Source: Limisphaerales bacterium | Lineage (GTDB): Bacteria; Verrucomicrobiota; Verrucomicrobiia; Limisphaerales; AAA164-E04 | Direction: 5' to 3' | NCBI GenBank assembly: GCA_965227305.1 | Contig: OZ245740.1 | Coordinates: forward strand, 9,302,512 to 9,366,511 | Length of the DNA stretch: 64,000 nucleotides | Notes under the pieces: model-generated | Databases searched by the model: none | What the model was told of the DNA's origin: nothing | The model's input: the letters and a program-made list of their open reading frames with translations, nothing else | Made by a program: the position numbers and the translations under genes | Shown: positions 44,983 to 56,100 of the stretch, piece by piece | How positions within the stretch are numbered: the stretch's first letter is position 1 | Layout of the letters: every line of letters begins with the position of its first letter

Positions 44983-46670
44983 CAGGCGTGGCTGGCTTCG
45001 GCCGTAGATTGGGTTTCGGGCTTGAGGTGGATGACGCGATCGCACCGTTTGAGAATCTGAGGATCTCGGCTGGCAACGATCAGAGTCCAGGGGCGTTCGG
45101 GTTGGAACAGGGTGTCGAGAGCGCGGGCGAACTGATGGTCGTCAAGCCCGTCCAAGACTTTGTCGAGGAGGATGACCCGCGGCTGGCCAGCGAGGAGTCG
45201 GGCCAGGCAGATGAGTCGATTTTCGCCACTGGATAGGGGGCGGCCGCCGGCTTCGAGGACTGTATCGAGGCCGTTGGGTAGCTGCCGGATCCGTTCGAGC
45301 AAGCCGACTTCCGCCAGGTGATGGCGCACGGCGTCCATTGAGATGGACTCATTGCCGAGTCGAACGTTCTCGCCGATCGAGCCTTCAAACACTTCGGTGT
45401 GTCGCATGAATCCCATCTCGGACCGAATCGTATCCAGGTGCCATAGGCGGATATCGCGATGATCGACCAAGACCGTACCGCTACGCGGAGTTCGCAACCC
45501 GTACGCTAAGTCCACCAGGCTCCCCGTGCCGGAGCCCAGCGAGCCGGTGATCCCAACGAATTCTCCGGGTTTGATTTCGCAGTTGAAGTCGGAGAGCAGA
45601 TTGCGGTCGAAGCCAAAGGTGAGATCCTCGAAATCAACGGCGAGCGGCCCTTCGGAGAGTGCGAAACGTTCGCCGGTTTCCCGTTCGATGGAGAGATCCA
45701 CAATACTACCCAGCTTATCGGTAGCGGCGAGGGCGTCATACCAGATCTCGATGTGTTTTCCGAGTCCAACCAGGGCCGAAACGATGGCACTCACAATGAG
45801 CTCACTAGCTACGAGCTGTCCCAGAGTCAGCTCTCCCCCGAGCACCAGCGCCCCACCGACTGCCAAGAGGCCGGCACTGGCCAAGGCTTGCAGGCCCAAA
45901 AGCCCAACGATCTGACGGATCAACACCCGATAGTGGGCTTTGCGTTTGCTGAGGTATTGGTCCACGTAATCGTGGGACCGTTTGAGGGTGAGTTGTTTGC
46001 CTGCCGGAGCCTTGAATACGACGGGGAAGAGGACCAACTGTTCGAGCCATCCCGCCACGCTATGCTTGGCATACGATTCGCGGATGCTGGTTTCAACGCC
46101 GTGTCGTCCCAAAGGAAAGAGGATGAAGAGCAGCGCTGCCACCAGGATCACGTCAAAGGCCAGAAGAAATGGGTGGTAGAAGGCCAAGACCAGCATACCA
46201 ATGCTGGAACTGAGCACGACGTTGACCCCATCGAGTAGGATAATGGCACTACTCTTCTGCAAGGTGGTCACATCGAGAAAGCGGTTGATCAGTTCCTGCG
46301 TTCGCGATTGTTCCCATGAGCTAAAGCGGAGCCGTGGGAGACGGAATGAGAGATCCGTCGCCAGGCGGACAAAGATGCGTTGTTGAATCAATTCTGAGAC
46401 GTAGTGCTGAGTGGCACTGATGAGTGACAGCAGGATCAAGAACGTCAGCAGGGCAAAACTGAAGACTAGGAGCGTCTGCAGATAGACCTGCTGTTGCCCG
46501 CCGAAGGCGATGTTTTGCACCACGGCATCGACGGCCAGCGGGGTAGCGAGGTAGAGAAGGCCGGTGATGACGGAGAAAGAAATGATGACCGTGATGTCTC
46601 GTCCCTCTGGCCGCAGGAGAGACAAGAGCCGTGTAAACGGCGAGATCTTTTTGGCGGTGTCGGCTGTCAT
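44982..46670 (-). CDS. ABC exporter (TMD-NBD half transporter) with a degenerate nucleotide-binding domain
   Basis: The 6-TM exporter domain is followed by an NBD in which Walker A reads GSLGSGTGS (no Lys), the Q-loop FMRHTE, the signature LSSGE, Walker B VILLDK (Lys instead of catalytic Glu), and the H-loop position LIVASRD (Ser instead of His). Confidence 0.8.
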   Translation of the reverse strand: MTADTAKKISPFTRLLSLLRPEGRDITVIISFSVITGLLYLATPLAVDAVVQNIAFGGQQQVYLQTLLVFSFALLTFLILLSLISATQHYVSELIQQRIFVRLATDLSFRLPRLRFSSWEQSRTQELINRFLDVTTLQKSSAIILLDGVNVVLSSSIGMLVLAFYHPFLLAFDVILVAALLFILFPLGRHGVETSIRESYAKHSVAGWLEQLVLFPVVFKAPAGKQLTLKRSHDYVDQYLSKRKAHYRVLIRQIVGLLGLQALASAGLLAVGGALVLGGELTLGQLVASELIVSAIVSALVGLGKHIEIWYDALAATDKLGSIVDLSIERETGERFALSEGPLAVDFEDLTFGFDRNLLSDFNCEIKPGEFVGITGSLGSGTGSLVDLAYGLRTPRSGTVLVDHRDIRLWHLDTIRSEMGFMRHTEVFEGSIGENVRLGNESISMDAVRHHLAEVGLLERIRQLPNGLDTVLEAGGRPLSSGENRLICLARLLAGQPRVILLDKVLDGLDDHQFARALDTLFQPERPWTLIVASRDPQILKRCDRVIHLKPETQSTAEASHA

Positions 46671-46829
46671 GGTTGTGTGTGAAAAGAGGTGTTCGGAACG
46701 GCGTGTAAGCGTCTTGGCAAGGGCCGGTGCTTCCTTGGTGCAAGCCGCACTACAGGATTGGAATGTATCATTAAAGGGGCCTTGTGTCTTGAGATTCGGT
46801 GTTTGAATAAAACCGAAGACGCTCTCTCC

Positions 46830-49637
46830 CTAACCCGTGGTCCGTTGACCGCTTGCAATCGCGTTGACGACTACCAGGAGCTCGTTGAGGACGCTTTCCT
46901 TGGGTGTTTTCCGCCATTGGCGCAACAACCGTATTTGGTGCTGATGCAAGAGACGGAGACTGCGATCCCGTGCGTGCAAGGTGCGATAGAAGCGCGGGCG
47001 CCGAGTCTTCGTCGGCGTCTTCAAAAGGGTTTGGAGCCAGTGATGCGTTTTCTGGTGTTCGTCAAGGATCCGGGAGAGGAATTCCTTGCGAATGCGGCTG
47101 TCCGTTACGAGTTTCGCGTAGTCGCTCATGATGGAGGTGTCGGCACTTTCCAGACTACCTTCGAGGTTGAAGAATACGTAGCGTAGAAAGGGAACGTGAG
47201 TGACGTTTGCTGCGAGGGCCTCAAACAGATCCGGTGCTTCCCCGTAGAGCGCCTCCAGGGCACTGCCGGCACCATACCAACCGGGCAAGTAGAAGCGGGC
47301 TTGGTTCCAACTGAAGGTCCATGGGATGGCTCGCATGTCTTGAATCGTACGTTTGCCCGTGCGCGCGGCCGGGCGGGAGCCCATCCGGCTGTGGGAAAGG
47401 ACATCGATTGGCGTGGCCTGATGGAAGAACGCCTCAAAACCGGGGCGGTGGATCAGCGCTTGGTAGGCGTCTCGGCTGGAGACGCTGAGATGGTCCATGA
47501 TTTGATTCCATCCCTCGTCGGTTTCGGTCTCAAAGGGACGGGCATGACTGGCGAGGGTGCCGGCCAGGAGTAGTTCCAGATTGTGGGCCGCGGTGAGGAC
47601 GTTGCTGTATTTTTGTCCGATGGTTTCACCTTGCTCGGTCAGGCGTAGCCCGGCGGTGACGCTGCCACCCGGCAGCGCGTCGAGAAATCGATGCGTGGGG
47701 CCCGCTCCCCGGCTGATCGTCCCCCCGCGTCCGTGGAAAAATTGGATGTCGACCTTGAGCTGGCGACCCGTCTCGGACATTTCAATCTGTGCCCGTCGGA
47801 TAGCCCAGAGACTGGCAATGATACCGCAGTCTTTGTTGCTGTCGCTATAGCCCACCATGACCTGTTGTCGGGGACGGCCCGGGTTCTTGCGTCGGGACGG
47901 TTTTCGGAGCCAGGCATCGTCAATCTCGTGATCGATGGCGCGGTCCCAGAAGGGTTGGCTGTGTTGGGTCACGGGATGCTTGAGGAAGGCCTCGATGATC
48001 GCGGGGCCGTTTTCCAGATCTTGGCGAGTTTCGAACAAGGGGACGATTGGGAGCAGGCAGACGGGCTTTTTCTGGTAGGTCACGACCATGCCGACCTCCC
48101 GGCAGAGCACATAGACCATGAGAAGGTCCGAAAGATTTCGCGTCATGCTAATGATGATTGAGCCAATGCCTGCTCGACCCTCATGCCGGATTTTGTCGAG
48201 GCAGGCGCGGAGGCATTTCAATGTCTCAGTGGCTTCTTTGCCGAGTGGCGTGAAGCGATTGGTCAACGGGCGAGAGGTCTTGAGTTCTTCATTCAGGAAA
48301 GCCACCTTCTTGTCTTCGGACCACTCTTTGAATCGTTTTGCCAGCCCAGGCTGGGTGGCGTCCAAGAGTTGGCCGAGGGCTTGCTCGAGGTAGGACGAGT
48401 TTTGCCGGATGTCCAGGGTGGCGAGATGGAACCCGAAGATGTCTGTTTCCCGTTGTACGGGCGCCAATTCGTGATCGACGAGTCGATGCGCACCTACTTG
48501 GTTTAGCGAGTTTTCTAGGATTCGGAGGTCCGTCTGCAACTCCGTTACTCGGCGGTAGGTGGGGCTGTTTTCATTGGTTCCGTCGGTAGTGGGGAGTCGT
48601 TTTCGAAGGTAGAGGACGTACTCGCGCCAGGGTTCGTCCGCAATCACGGGTCCAGTGGTGGGACGCCCCAGAGTGCGCCGAAGGTGGTGCAGCCGTTTTG
48701 CCAGATCCGGGGGGAGTTCTTGATTCTGAGCTGAGAGGGGGAGGCGTTGGCTCAGAGCCAGCAGGCGAGCGTCCGCGAGTTGTAGGGCGCGCTGGCGCAA
48801 GGCGGTGAAGGTGTCGCGGGTGACAGTGGCCGTCACAAACGGGTGGCCGTCCCGATCACCGCCGACCCAGGTTCCGAATGTGATCTGAGGCAGATTAAGG
48901 CTGCGCCGAGTGCCCTTCGGGCGCCATCCAAGCCGGGTTGCAATTTGTTTGAGCCGTTGATCGTGCACACGGATGGCTTCCGGGAACTTCTCGCCGAGGT
49001 AATACAGCACAGTTTCCCGCTCGGCGACGAGGTCCGGCTTGGTTGCCGGAATCTCTCCGGTTCGCCAGAGTCGTTCCAGCGTGTTCTTGATTTGGGCGCG
49101 CAGGATGGCTCGCTCCGTTTCGGTGTAGAGCTGGTTTTCTAGTTCGAAGAGGTTCAAATAGAGCTCCCGATGCTGGTCGAGGATACTCCACTTTTTGGAC
49201 TCGGTCGGATGCGCCGTGAGAACGATCTCCACTTCGGCATTGCCCAGCTGTGTCGACATGAATTGGGCCGCGCGCGTCGAGGGGCAGAGTGATTGGATCT
49301 GCTGTACCCAGGTTCCAGACATCGCCTTGGTGTCGGGCTGTGCGGATCTTTGGCGCGCGATTTGATTCGCGGCGTTTTCTTCTACCAAGTTCAGGAGCTG
49401 GAATGCAATAGAGAGAACCCTGGCTGTCTCTTGATTGAGAGAGGGCTTGGCCGCATTACCATTCAGAAGCGCACTCGCCAGATGGGGGTAGCCGATTTCT
49501 ACGAGCACTTCTTGGAAGCACCCGAGAAGAAACTCGTAGTCGCGCTCTATCTTCTCAAAGCCCTGATCCACAAAGGGGTCGACTCCTTGGGACGGCTTGG
49601 TCGCGCTTTTTGGGGATTTGTTTGACGATTTTGTCAC
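46830..49637 (-). CDS. ppc: phosphoenolpyruvate carboxylase
   Basis: 935 aa. VLTAHPTE, VMVGYSDSNKDCG, FHGRGGTISRGAGP, and a C-terminal ...GQRTTG. Confidence 0.9.
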   Translation of the reverse strand: MTKSSNKSPKSATKPSQGVDPFVDQGFEKIERDYEFLLGCFQEVLVEIGYPHLASALLNGNAAKPSLNQETARVLSIAFQLLNLVEENAANQIARQRSAQPDTKAMSGTWVQQIQSLCPSTRAAQFMSTQLGNAEVEIVLTAHPTESKKWSILDQHRELYLNLFELENQLYTETERAILRAQIKNTLERLWRTGEIPATKPDLVAERETVLYYLGEKFPEAIRVHDQRLKQIATRLGWRPKGTRRSLNLPQITFGTWVGGDRDGHPFVTATVTRDTFTALRQRALQLADARLLALSQRLPLSAQNQELPPDLAKRLHHLRRTLGRPTTGPVIADEPWREYVLYLRKRLPTTDGTNENSPTYRRVTELQTDLRILENSLNQVGAHRLVDHELAPVQRETDIFGFHLATLDIRQNSSYLEQALGQLLDATQPGLAKRFKEWSEDKKVAFLNEELKTSRPLTNRFTPLGKEATETLKCLRACLDKIRHEGRAGIGSIIISMTRNLSDLLMVYVLCREVGMVVTYQKKPVCLLPIVPLFETRQDLENGPAIIEAFLKHPVTQHSQPFWDRAIDHEIDDAWLRKPSRRKNPGRPRQQVMVGYSDSNKDCGIIASLWAIRRAQIEMSETGRQLKVDIQFFHGRGGTISRGAGPTHRFLDALPGGSVTAGLRLTEQGETIGQKYSNVLTAAHNLELLLAGTLASHARPFETETDEGWNQIMDHLSVSSRDAYQALIHRPGFEAFFHQATPIDVLSHSRMGSRPAARTGKRTIQDMRAIPWTFSWNQARFYLPGWYGAGSALEALYGEAPDLFEALAANVTHVPFLRYVFFNLEGSLESADTSIMSDYAKLVTDSRIRKEFLSRILDEHQKTHHWLQTLLKTPTKTRRPRFYRTLHARDRSLRLLHQHQIRLLRQWRKTPKESVLNELLVVVNAIASGQRTTG

Positions 49638-49727
49638 ATTGTGTTTGATTATGTATTCGTTGTCGTGAATCGTGAATTACGAGTTCTTGTTCGTATATAC
49701 TGCGTGAAGAACACGTAGTCAAATGAA

Positions 49728-50045
49728 ATGAAGAATCCATCGGAATCGACTGAAAAAAAATCGAGTTGGACGTTTCTATCGAACCACGCTCACGTCTTGA
49801 TCTGTTTGGCGCGGGACCCTGATATGGTGCTGCGCGAGGTGGCCCAACATGTCGGGATCACCGAACGGGCCGTGCAAAAGATTGTGGCGGATCTAGAAGA
49901 AGCCGGAGCCTTGAAACGCAAGCGTGAAGGGCGTCGCAACCACTATACCATCAACCGACAGCTACGCTTGCGACACGCGCTGGAAACGCACGCCGAAGTG
50001 GGGAATCTAGTGGACGCGGTCGCCCGGGTGGATTTGCAGATGTGA
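49728..50045 (+). CDS. small winged-helix DNA-binding protein
   Basis: 105 aa, divergent from ppc. LREVAQHVGITERAVQKIVADLEEAGALKRKREGRRNHY. Confidence 0.65.
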   Translation: MKNPSESTEKKSSWTFLSNHAHVLICLARDPDMVLREVAQHVGITERAVQKIVADLEEAGALKRKREGRRNHYTINRQLRLRHALETHAEVGNLVDAVARVDLQM

Positions 50046-50323
50046 GGCGTCCTTTTCGGGGCATGCTTGGGTGAGTTGCCTGTGATGAGTTTCTTGATTG
50101 ATTTGCAGTAGGAAAAAGATGGTTAGAGGCAAGGGGTGATTCGGATTCTTTGAACGGATTGTAATTGAGGCCTGGGTGTGGGAAGGCTAGGGATACAGCA
50201 CGGGGTATCCGCTGGCCGGAAAAGAATCCGTAGATGCACGTATAGCAATGCGTGGATCGCGCCGCTAGATTCTCTCGGTCAATGGCTGCCTAGTTGGAGA
50301 CCTTGTTTCAACCGCAGAACAGT

Positions 50324-50515
50324 ATGAACCTGACGAGACTGCTATTTGCTATTTCACTCATCGTAACGATTACTACGAGTGGCATTGGTCTTGCGCGGGA
50401 CTTGTTACCACCGACCCTAGAGCCATGGGCGAAGGTCTTGATCTTTACCTCTTTCCACGTCCTATTGGCGTTTCTATTGGGGTGGAGCGGGGCTTCCGCT
50501 AGGGAGCGATCTTAG
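50324..50515 (+). CDS. possible small two-TM membrane protein
   Basis: The ATG at 50324 gives MNLTRLLFAISLIVTITTSGIGL...KVLIFTSFHVLLAFLLGW. There is no homology recognition. Confidence 0.3.
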   Translation: MNLTRLLFAISLIVTITTSGIGLARDLLPPTLEPWAKVLIFTSFHVLLAFLLGWSGASARERS

Positions 50516-50622
50516 CTCTCCCATGGGTTGCGCTGCCGATTCGCCTCACTCGGACGCGATGTGGTTTGGGTATAGTCGGATTTAGGTGGTTATTATAGTC
50601 GTCTTTGGATAACTCTCTATCC

Positions 50623-51945
50623 ATGCATCGCGCTTGGATTGTGTTATTTGGATTGGCGACGTTGGCCTCGGTTCATGGTGCTCTACCGGTTATTGATGGG
50701 GATGTGTCTGAGTGGTCCGATGCTTCCATTCTTGCGAGGGACAAGCGCGGGGATGCGGATGGGGCCTTCGACTTGGGCCAGGTTTCGGCGCTGAGTAGTG
50801 GGACGAAACTGTATCTTCGATTCGACAGCGGACGGGTCTTGAATCTGCAGTCTGGCCCGGCCGAGGATGGGACTCTCCAAATCTTGATCGACTCGCCCGG
50901 GAAACCTCAACTGGAGATTGATTTTCGGAAGCGGGCGCTCTCCCTTGGCCGCACACCTCTTCGTTGGTCCGAACTGGGGTTTGTCTGCCTGCCAACTTAC
51001 GCATCTGGCGAATTTGAGCTCGTGATCGATCTCGCCCGAGTCGGTATCGGTCCCGGTGATCGGGTTTCGATCAACTTTGGTGGTTCAGACCAATTGGATC
51101 GCCCGATCGAGCTGGTCCTTGAGGAAGCGACTGAACGTCCTGAGGAACCGATTGCTTTGTCATCGAATGGTGCCGTTCGAATCGTGAATCTGAACACCTT
51201 GCGCGAAGGATTTGGAGATCCCGAGCGCTCTTCATCGATCCAGCGACTCCTGGCGGCTTCAGATGCGGATATTATTTGTCTACAAGAAGAATGGGACGAG
51301 CAGAAGTTTCGGAACGCGGTTCCCGAGGTGGTCGCCACTCCCGCTGATCGTAGTCTGAACGTGGCTTGGTCCCGAGGACGGGCAATCGTGACAGAATGGC
51401 CGATGGAGCGTCTAGCGATCGATCTGGATAGTAACTTGGCTTGTCGGGTGGATCTGCCTAGTGGGGAGTCCCTGGTGGTCTTCAACCTTCATTTAAAGTG
51501 TTGTGGCTCGGCGACTGGCTCAGAGGAGACACGTCGAATCCGCCAGGCGAATCAGTTGGTGGCGGGGATCAAAGCGATCCGTAGGGGGCAGTATGGTGAG
51601 AAAGCCAGAGAGGCAGGTTTTGTTTTGATTGGTGACTACAACTTGGTGGGATCGCGCGAACCTGTGACGATTCTGGAGTCCGCAGGGATGCAGGCCCTCG
51701 CGTTTTCGGTCCCAGATGGCGGTGCTGCCTATACGTGGCGAGGCATTAATGGGCGCGAGTCATTCTATCCTGGGCGATTGGATTGGCTCACCTATGACCC
51801 CCGGAAATTGCAGGCGACCCAGAGTGTGATCGTCGATACGACCCGGATGTCTCAGAGCGCGCTCAGGCGGCTCGGCTTGAAGCGCGATGACAGTCTTGCC
51901 AGCGATCATCTTCTCTTGGTTGCGGATTTTGTCGTGGCGCGTTAG
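50623..51945 (+). CDS. secreted endonuclease/exonuclease/phosphatase (EEP) family protein
   Basis: The ATG at 50623 gives signal peptide MHRAWIVLFGLATLASVHG. The C-terminal half has EEP motifs (IVNLN, DADIICLQE, GDYNLV, SDHLLLVADF). Confidence 0.75.
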   Translation: MHRAWIVLFGLATLASVHGALPVIDGDVSEWSDASILARDKRGDADGAFDLGQVSALSSGTKLYLRFDSGRVLNLQSGPAEDGTLQILIDSPGKPQLEIDFRKRALSLGRTPLRWSELGFVCLPTYASGEFELVIDLARVGIGPGDRVSINFGGSDQLDRPIELVLEEATERPEEPIALSSNGAVRIVNLNTLREGFGDPERSSSIQRLLAASDADIICLQEEWDEQKFRNAVPEVVATPADRSLNVAWSRGRAIVTEWPMERLAIDLDSNLACRVDLPSGESLVVFNLHLKCCGSATGSEETRRIRQANQLVAGIKAIRRGQYGEKAREAGFVLIGDYNLVGSREPVTILESAGMQALAFSVPDGGAAYTWRGINGRESFYPGRLDWLTYDPRKLQATQSVIVDTTRMSQSALRRLGLKRDDSLASDHLLLVADFVVAR

Positions 51946-52406
51946 GAGGCGGAGTCTTGGCTGCCCTTCACGGTGTGGCTCGGGTACGCGGGAACGCCGG
52001 GCGAAATGGTGCCGCCAGAATTGGGAGGAACGGGATCACGATGCGGGGGAAACCTCGGTCTGCTGGCTCTTGCAGGAAATTATCCTAGGTGACACTAGTG
52101 ATGGCTGCGGTCTGGTAATTCCGATGATGGTGCAACCTTTTCGAATGAAATCGTATTTTGTTATTGCGAGAGCGTGATTGCTGGGCGGGCGGGAGTCGAA
52201 TTCCCGTCCTTTGTAATCCTACGGATTTCAGGAACGCGGTCTTTGGCGCTATCATTTGTATGTTGGCTACCATTCATGTAAGTCGTGCTGTTAGAGAGCG
52301 TCTTGGTGTGAGTTTGTGGTTCCGCTTGTCCGATTTTGACCTTTATGGCGGAGTTGACAGCGAGAAACCGTTTTTTAGGCTTGGTGTTGCAAGCAAGAGA
52401 ACGGTT

Positions 52407-53144
52407 ATGGCTGGCAAAACTGATTTGGACGGAGCGCGAGACTTTGCCACGACACGATGGAGTGTTGTGTTGAAGGCTGCCGATGAGGAGGAACCCGCGC
52501 AAATGGAGGCTCTCACGAGTCTCTGTGAAACTTACTGGCATCCACTTTATTTCTTTGCCCGGCGGAAAGGGCAGAGTTCCCATGAAGCGAAAGACCTTAT
52601 TCAGGGATTCTTTTGTCGGCTGTTGGAAAAGAATTTTCTCAAAAGTGTCGATCCCAGAAAGGGGCGATTCCGGGCCTTCTTGATCACCGCGCTGAAACAC
52701 CATATGGCGAACGAATGGGATAGGCAGAATGCTCAGAAACGCGGTGGGGGCGCTCATCACGTGTCTTTGGATTTCGAGCGCGCCGACGCCCTCTATGCGC
52801 AACAGGAGGGCGGACCCGTGGAAGCGGAGTCGTTGTATGATCGGACGTGGGCGTTGACCCTGTTGAATGGCGTTTTCGAACAACTGCGGTTGGAGTATGA
52901 GCAGCGGGACAAGGGCGAATTGTTTGCCTACTTACGGGCGAGCCTACTGAAAACTGAGGGGACAATGAAGTATGAGGAGGCCGCGGAGAAGTTTGGAGTG
53001 GCATTGGGGACGGTCAAATCTGACGCTAAGCGGATGCGAGACCGTTTTGGCGAACGGCTAAGAGCTGCGGTGGAAGAAACGGTGGATCACGAGCGTGATG
53101 TGGATGACGAGCTTCGCTACTTAATATCTCAGGTTGGATCGTAG
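52407..53144 (+). CDS. ECF-type sigma-70 factor (PVC-type, kinase-associated)
   Basis: The ATG at 52407 gives MAGKTDLDGARDFATTRWSVV...YWHPLYFFARRKG...EAKDLIQGFF, and region 4 YEEAAEKFGVALGTVKSDAKRMRDRF. It sits immediately upstream of a Ser/Thr kinase. Confidence 0.8.
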   Translation: MAGKTDLDGARDFATTRWSVVLKAADEEEPAQMEALTSLCETYWHPLYFFARRKGQSSHEAKDLIQGFFCRLLEKNFLKSVDPRKGRFRAFLITALKHHMANEWDRQNAQKRGGGAHHVSLDFERADALYAQQEGGPVEAESLYDRTWALTLLNGVFEQLRLEYEQRDKGELFAYLRASLLKTEGTMKYEEAAEKFGVALGTVKSDAKRMRDRFGERLRAAVEETVDHERDVDDELRYLISQVGS

Positions 53145-53187
53145 GTGGAGTCCATGGGGATCTGATCTTGATGATGCCGTTGTCGAA

Positions 53188-56100
53188 ATGAAGGAAGACT
53201 CAAACCGAGATTCTGATTTTCCGGATGGCGAGAATCCGGATTCCGAGATCGCCTTACAGGCGGCTGATCTCTTGCGTATCGCATTGACCGCTGGTGGCCC
53301 GGGAGGGCGTCCCGAAGAAGCCATGGAGGGGCAGGTTCTAGGGGGGCGCTACCGGATTGTTTCTCTATTGGGCGAAGGAGGCTTTGGCGAGGTCTATCGA
53401 GCCGAACAAATTGCCCCTGTAAAACGGGATGTGGCGGTCAAGATCTTGAAGGGTGAGGTGAGGCGAGACGAGGCCCGGGCTCGGTTTGAGGGGGAAAGGC
53501 AGGCATTGGCCCGAATGTCGCATGCTCACATCGCAAAATTTTTTGATGCCGGCGTGAGTGAGGGGGGGCGCCTTTACTTCGTCATGGAGTTTGTTTCGGG
53601 AGATTCCATCACGCGATATTGCCATAAGAAAGCTGTCGATTTGCGGGGGCGCCTAGAGATGTTTCGCAAGGTTTGCGATGCGGTGCAGCATGCCCACCAG
53701 CGTGGGGTGATCCACCGCGATCTGAAGCCTTCGAATATTTTGGTGGAAGATCAGGACGGGGTGGGTGTGCCCAAAGTGATTGACTTTGGAATTGCGAAAG
53801 CGATGTCGCCCGAGGTCGGAGATTCTCTCTTTGTCACGCGGAGCGAAGCGCTAATGGGAACGCCAGCGTATATGAGTCCGGAACAGGCTGAGTTGGGAGC
53901 CGCAGTGGTGGATACTCGGAGTGACGTCTATTCTCTAGGAGTCATTTTGAATGAGCTGTTAACCGGTTCCCTCCCGCATGAACTCACGGGGAAAAGCCAT
54001 CATCAGGTGCGACAGACGATCATCGATGACGATCCCATCCCCCCGTCTGTTCGTGTTCGGATGAATCAAGGGCGGTCGAGCAAGGCGGTGGCGAAGAAGT
54101 TGAGTTTAAAGTTGGATCAGCTGAGCCGCTCGTTGCGGGGTGACCTGGATGCCATCGTGTTGCAGGCTTTGGAACGAGAGCGGAATGATCGCTATTCGTC
54201 TCCCCTAGACCTTTCGTTGGATGTAGATTCTTATCTTAACGATCGCCCCGTGATGGCGCGGAGTCTTGGCCTGGGATACCGGGTCGTGAAATTGGTCAAG
54301 CGCCGTAAACAAAGGGCGCTAGCCGCGGTGGCCGTGCTGGGATTGGTCTGTGCTGCAGGGGTGATGGCGTTCTTCCGGGCGCAGGATCGTGAGCGGCAGA
54401 TTGGTGCCACCCTGGCCGCCGGAACCCGGGCGCTAGAGCGTGATGACTTACTTGGGGCGTTGGTGCCCTACGTTTCGGCAATGGATCTTGAGCGTTCGGA
54501 TTCCCGGGCGCAACGAACTCACCGTCATCGGGTTGGTTTGATCATGAACAGCCTGCCTCGCCTCGGGCAAATGTGGTTCCCCGGAGTGAGCGTCACGAAA
54601 GTGGCCGTCGCGCCCAGCGGCGAGGAGGTGGCGGTGGGGTGCGAGGACAGTTTGGTCCGGGTCTATCGTATGGGGGAGGACGAGCCGCGTGTGACGCTTC
54701 CGCATGAGGCAGGTAAGGTGTTCGATTTGAAGTACAGTTCTGATGGTCGCTTCTTAGTAGTGGGCTATGCCCCATCCGATATGGTGGTTTGGCGAGTGGA
54801 AACCGGATCGAAGGAGAAGGTCATTGAGACGGACGATAAGATTACGTCGCTAACCTTCCTGGATGGCGATGACCGATTGATTCTCGGGACGCTCCGTTCC
54901 GGATTGTACCCCAATCTTCTGGTCGGCAATTGGCGAGAAGACGCTGTGTTCTCGGAGATTCCTCTCGGAGAGGATACGACCTATCCCAATGTAAACTCAT
55001 TGGGCATTGGGGCTGTTGGGGAGAACCCCATTGTGATTGCTGCGCCCGTTGAAGGCCCTATCCACTTCTTGGATGGCGAGACTCTGGAGCCGAAGGGCGA
55101 ACTTCGGGAACCTTGGCTCGGCTGGAAGGGGAATCTTGGCGTGCACCCAAACTTGCCGGAGTTCGCGTTCGCTATGGAAAGAAGCGTTCGTTTGGTGAAC
55201 TTGGAGACTTTGGAGGAATTCGATTCTGTCGAGCACGAGCATCACGTTTCTTCGGTGTCCTACAGCCCGGATGGTCGATTCCTGGTAACCTCAGGGCTGG
55301 ACAAGACGGTACGGGTATGGGGACGGAACGAAACGGACGGGAACGTGGAATACCGTCTCGTGTGCGCCCCAATTCGGCATGGGAGTGAGACTCAATCCTC
55401 GACTTTTGCTCCGGACAGCCGCCGCCTTGTGGTCGGGACCGACTCAGGAATCGTAAGTGTTTGGGACCTCGCTCCGATTAATTGGGCGGTCGATAACTTG
55501 GCGAGTCGGTTGACGAAGAATGGGAAGTATTTGTTTTCACAAACAGGAGATGAACTTGTGATTAGCCGGCTCGAAGGTTCCATTGTCGAGAGGATAGAGG
55601 GCGATATTGCGGCTAGTGAGGTCTATGTGTCTGCCGATGAACAACGATTCTTGATTTGCGGTCCGACAGCGGAGAAGGGGGCCGAATCCCCATTGACGAT
55701 TCGGGTGTTGGCGCGCCAAGCGGGGCAACTCGTCCCGCTATTGAACCGGGAGTTGGAGGCGGAAGCGTCAATCCTGGCAGTCGATCCCGGGATCGAACGA
55801 GTGGTCTACTCGTTGACGAATGACGACCAGGCCGTTCTGAGCCTACTCGATGTGAACGGTGGGGAAACGGTTCGGTCGGTGTTGAGTCGGGAGCAGGGGG
55901 CCAGTGAGTATCATCGTCCGTTCGAACAGCCGAAGAGTCGTTTTCATGGTATCCGTGGGGTCTTCTTCGATCCGGTAAACGAGTCCGCGATATTCTGTTT
56001 CACAGCCGCAAAGGTGTTTCACGGTGTGATTGGAGAACCTCTGGATTTCTACGGGGAAGCCGAAAACCCGGGTTACCGGAGTTCATTCGTGATCAGTCAT

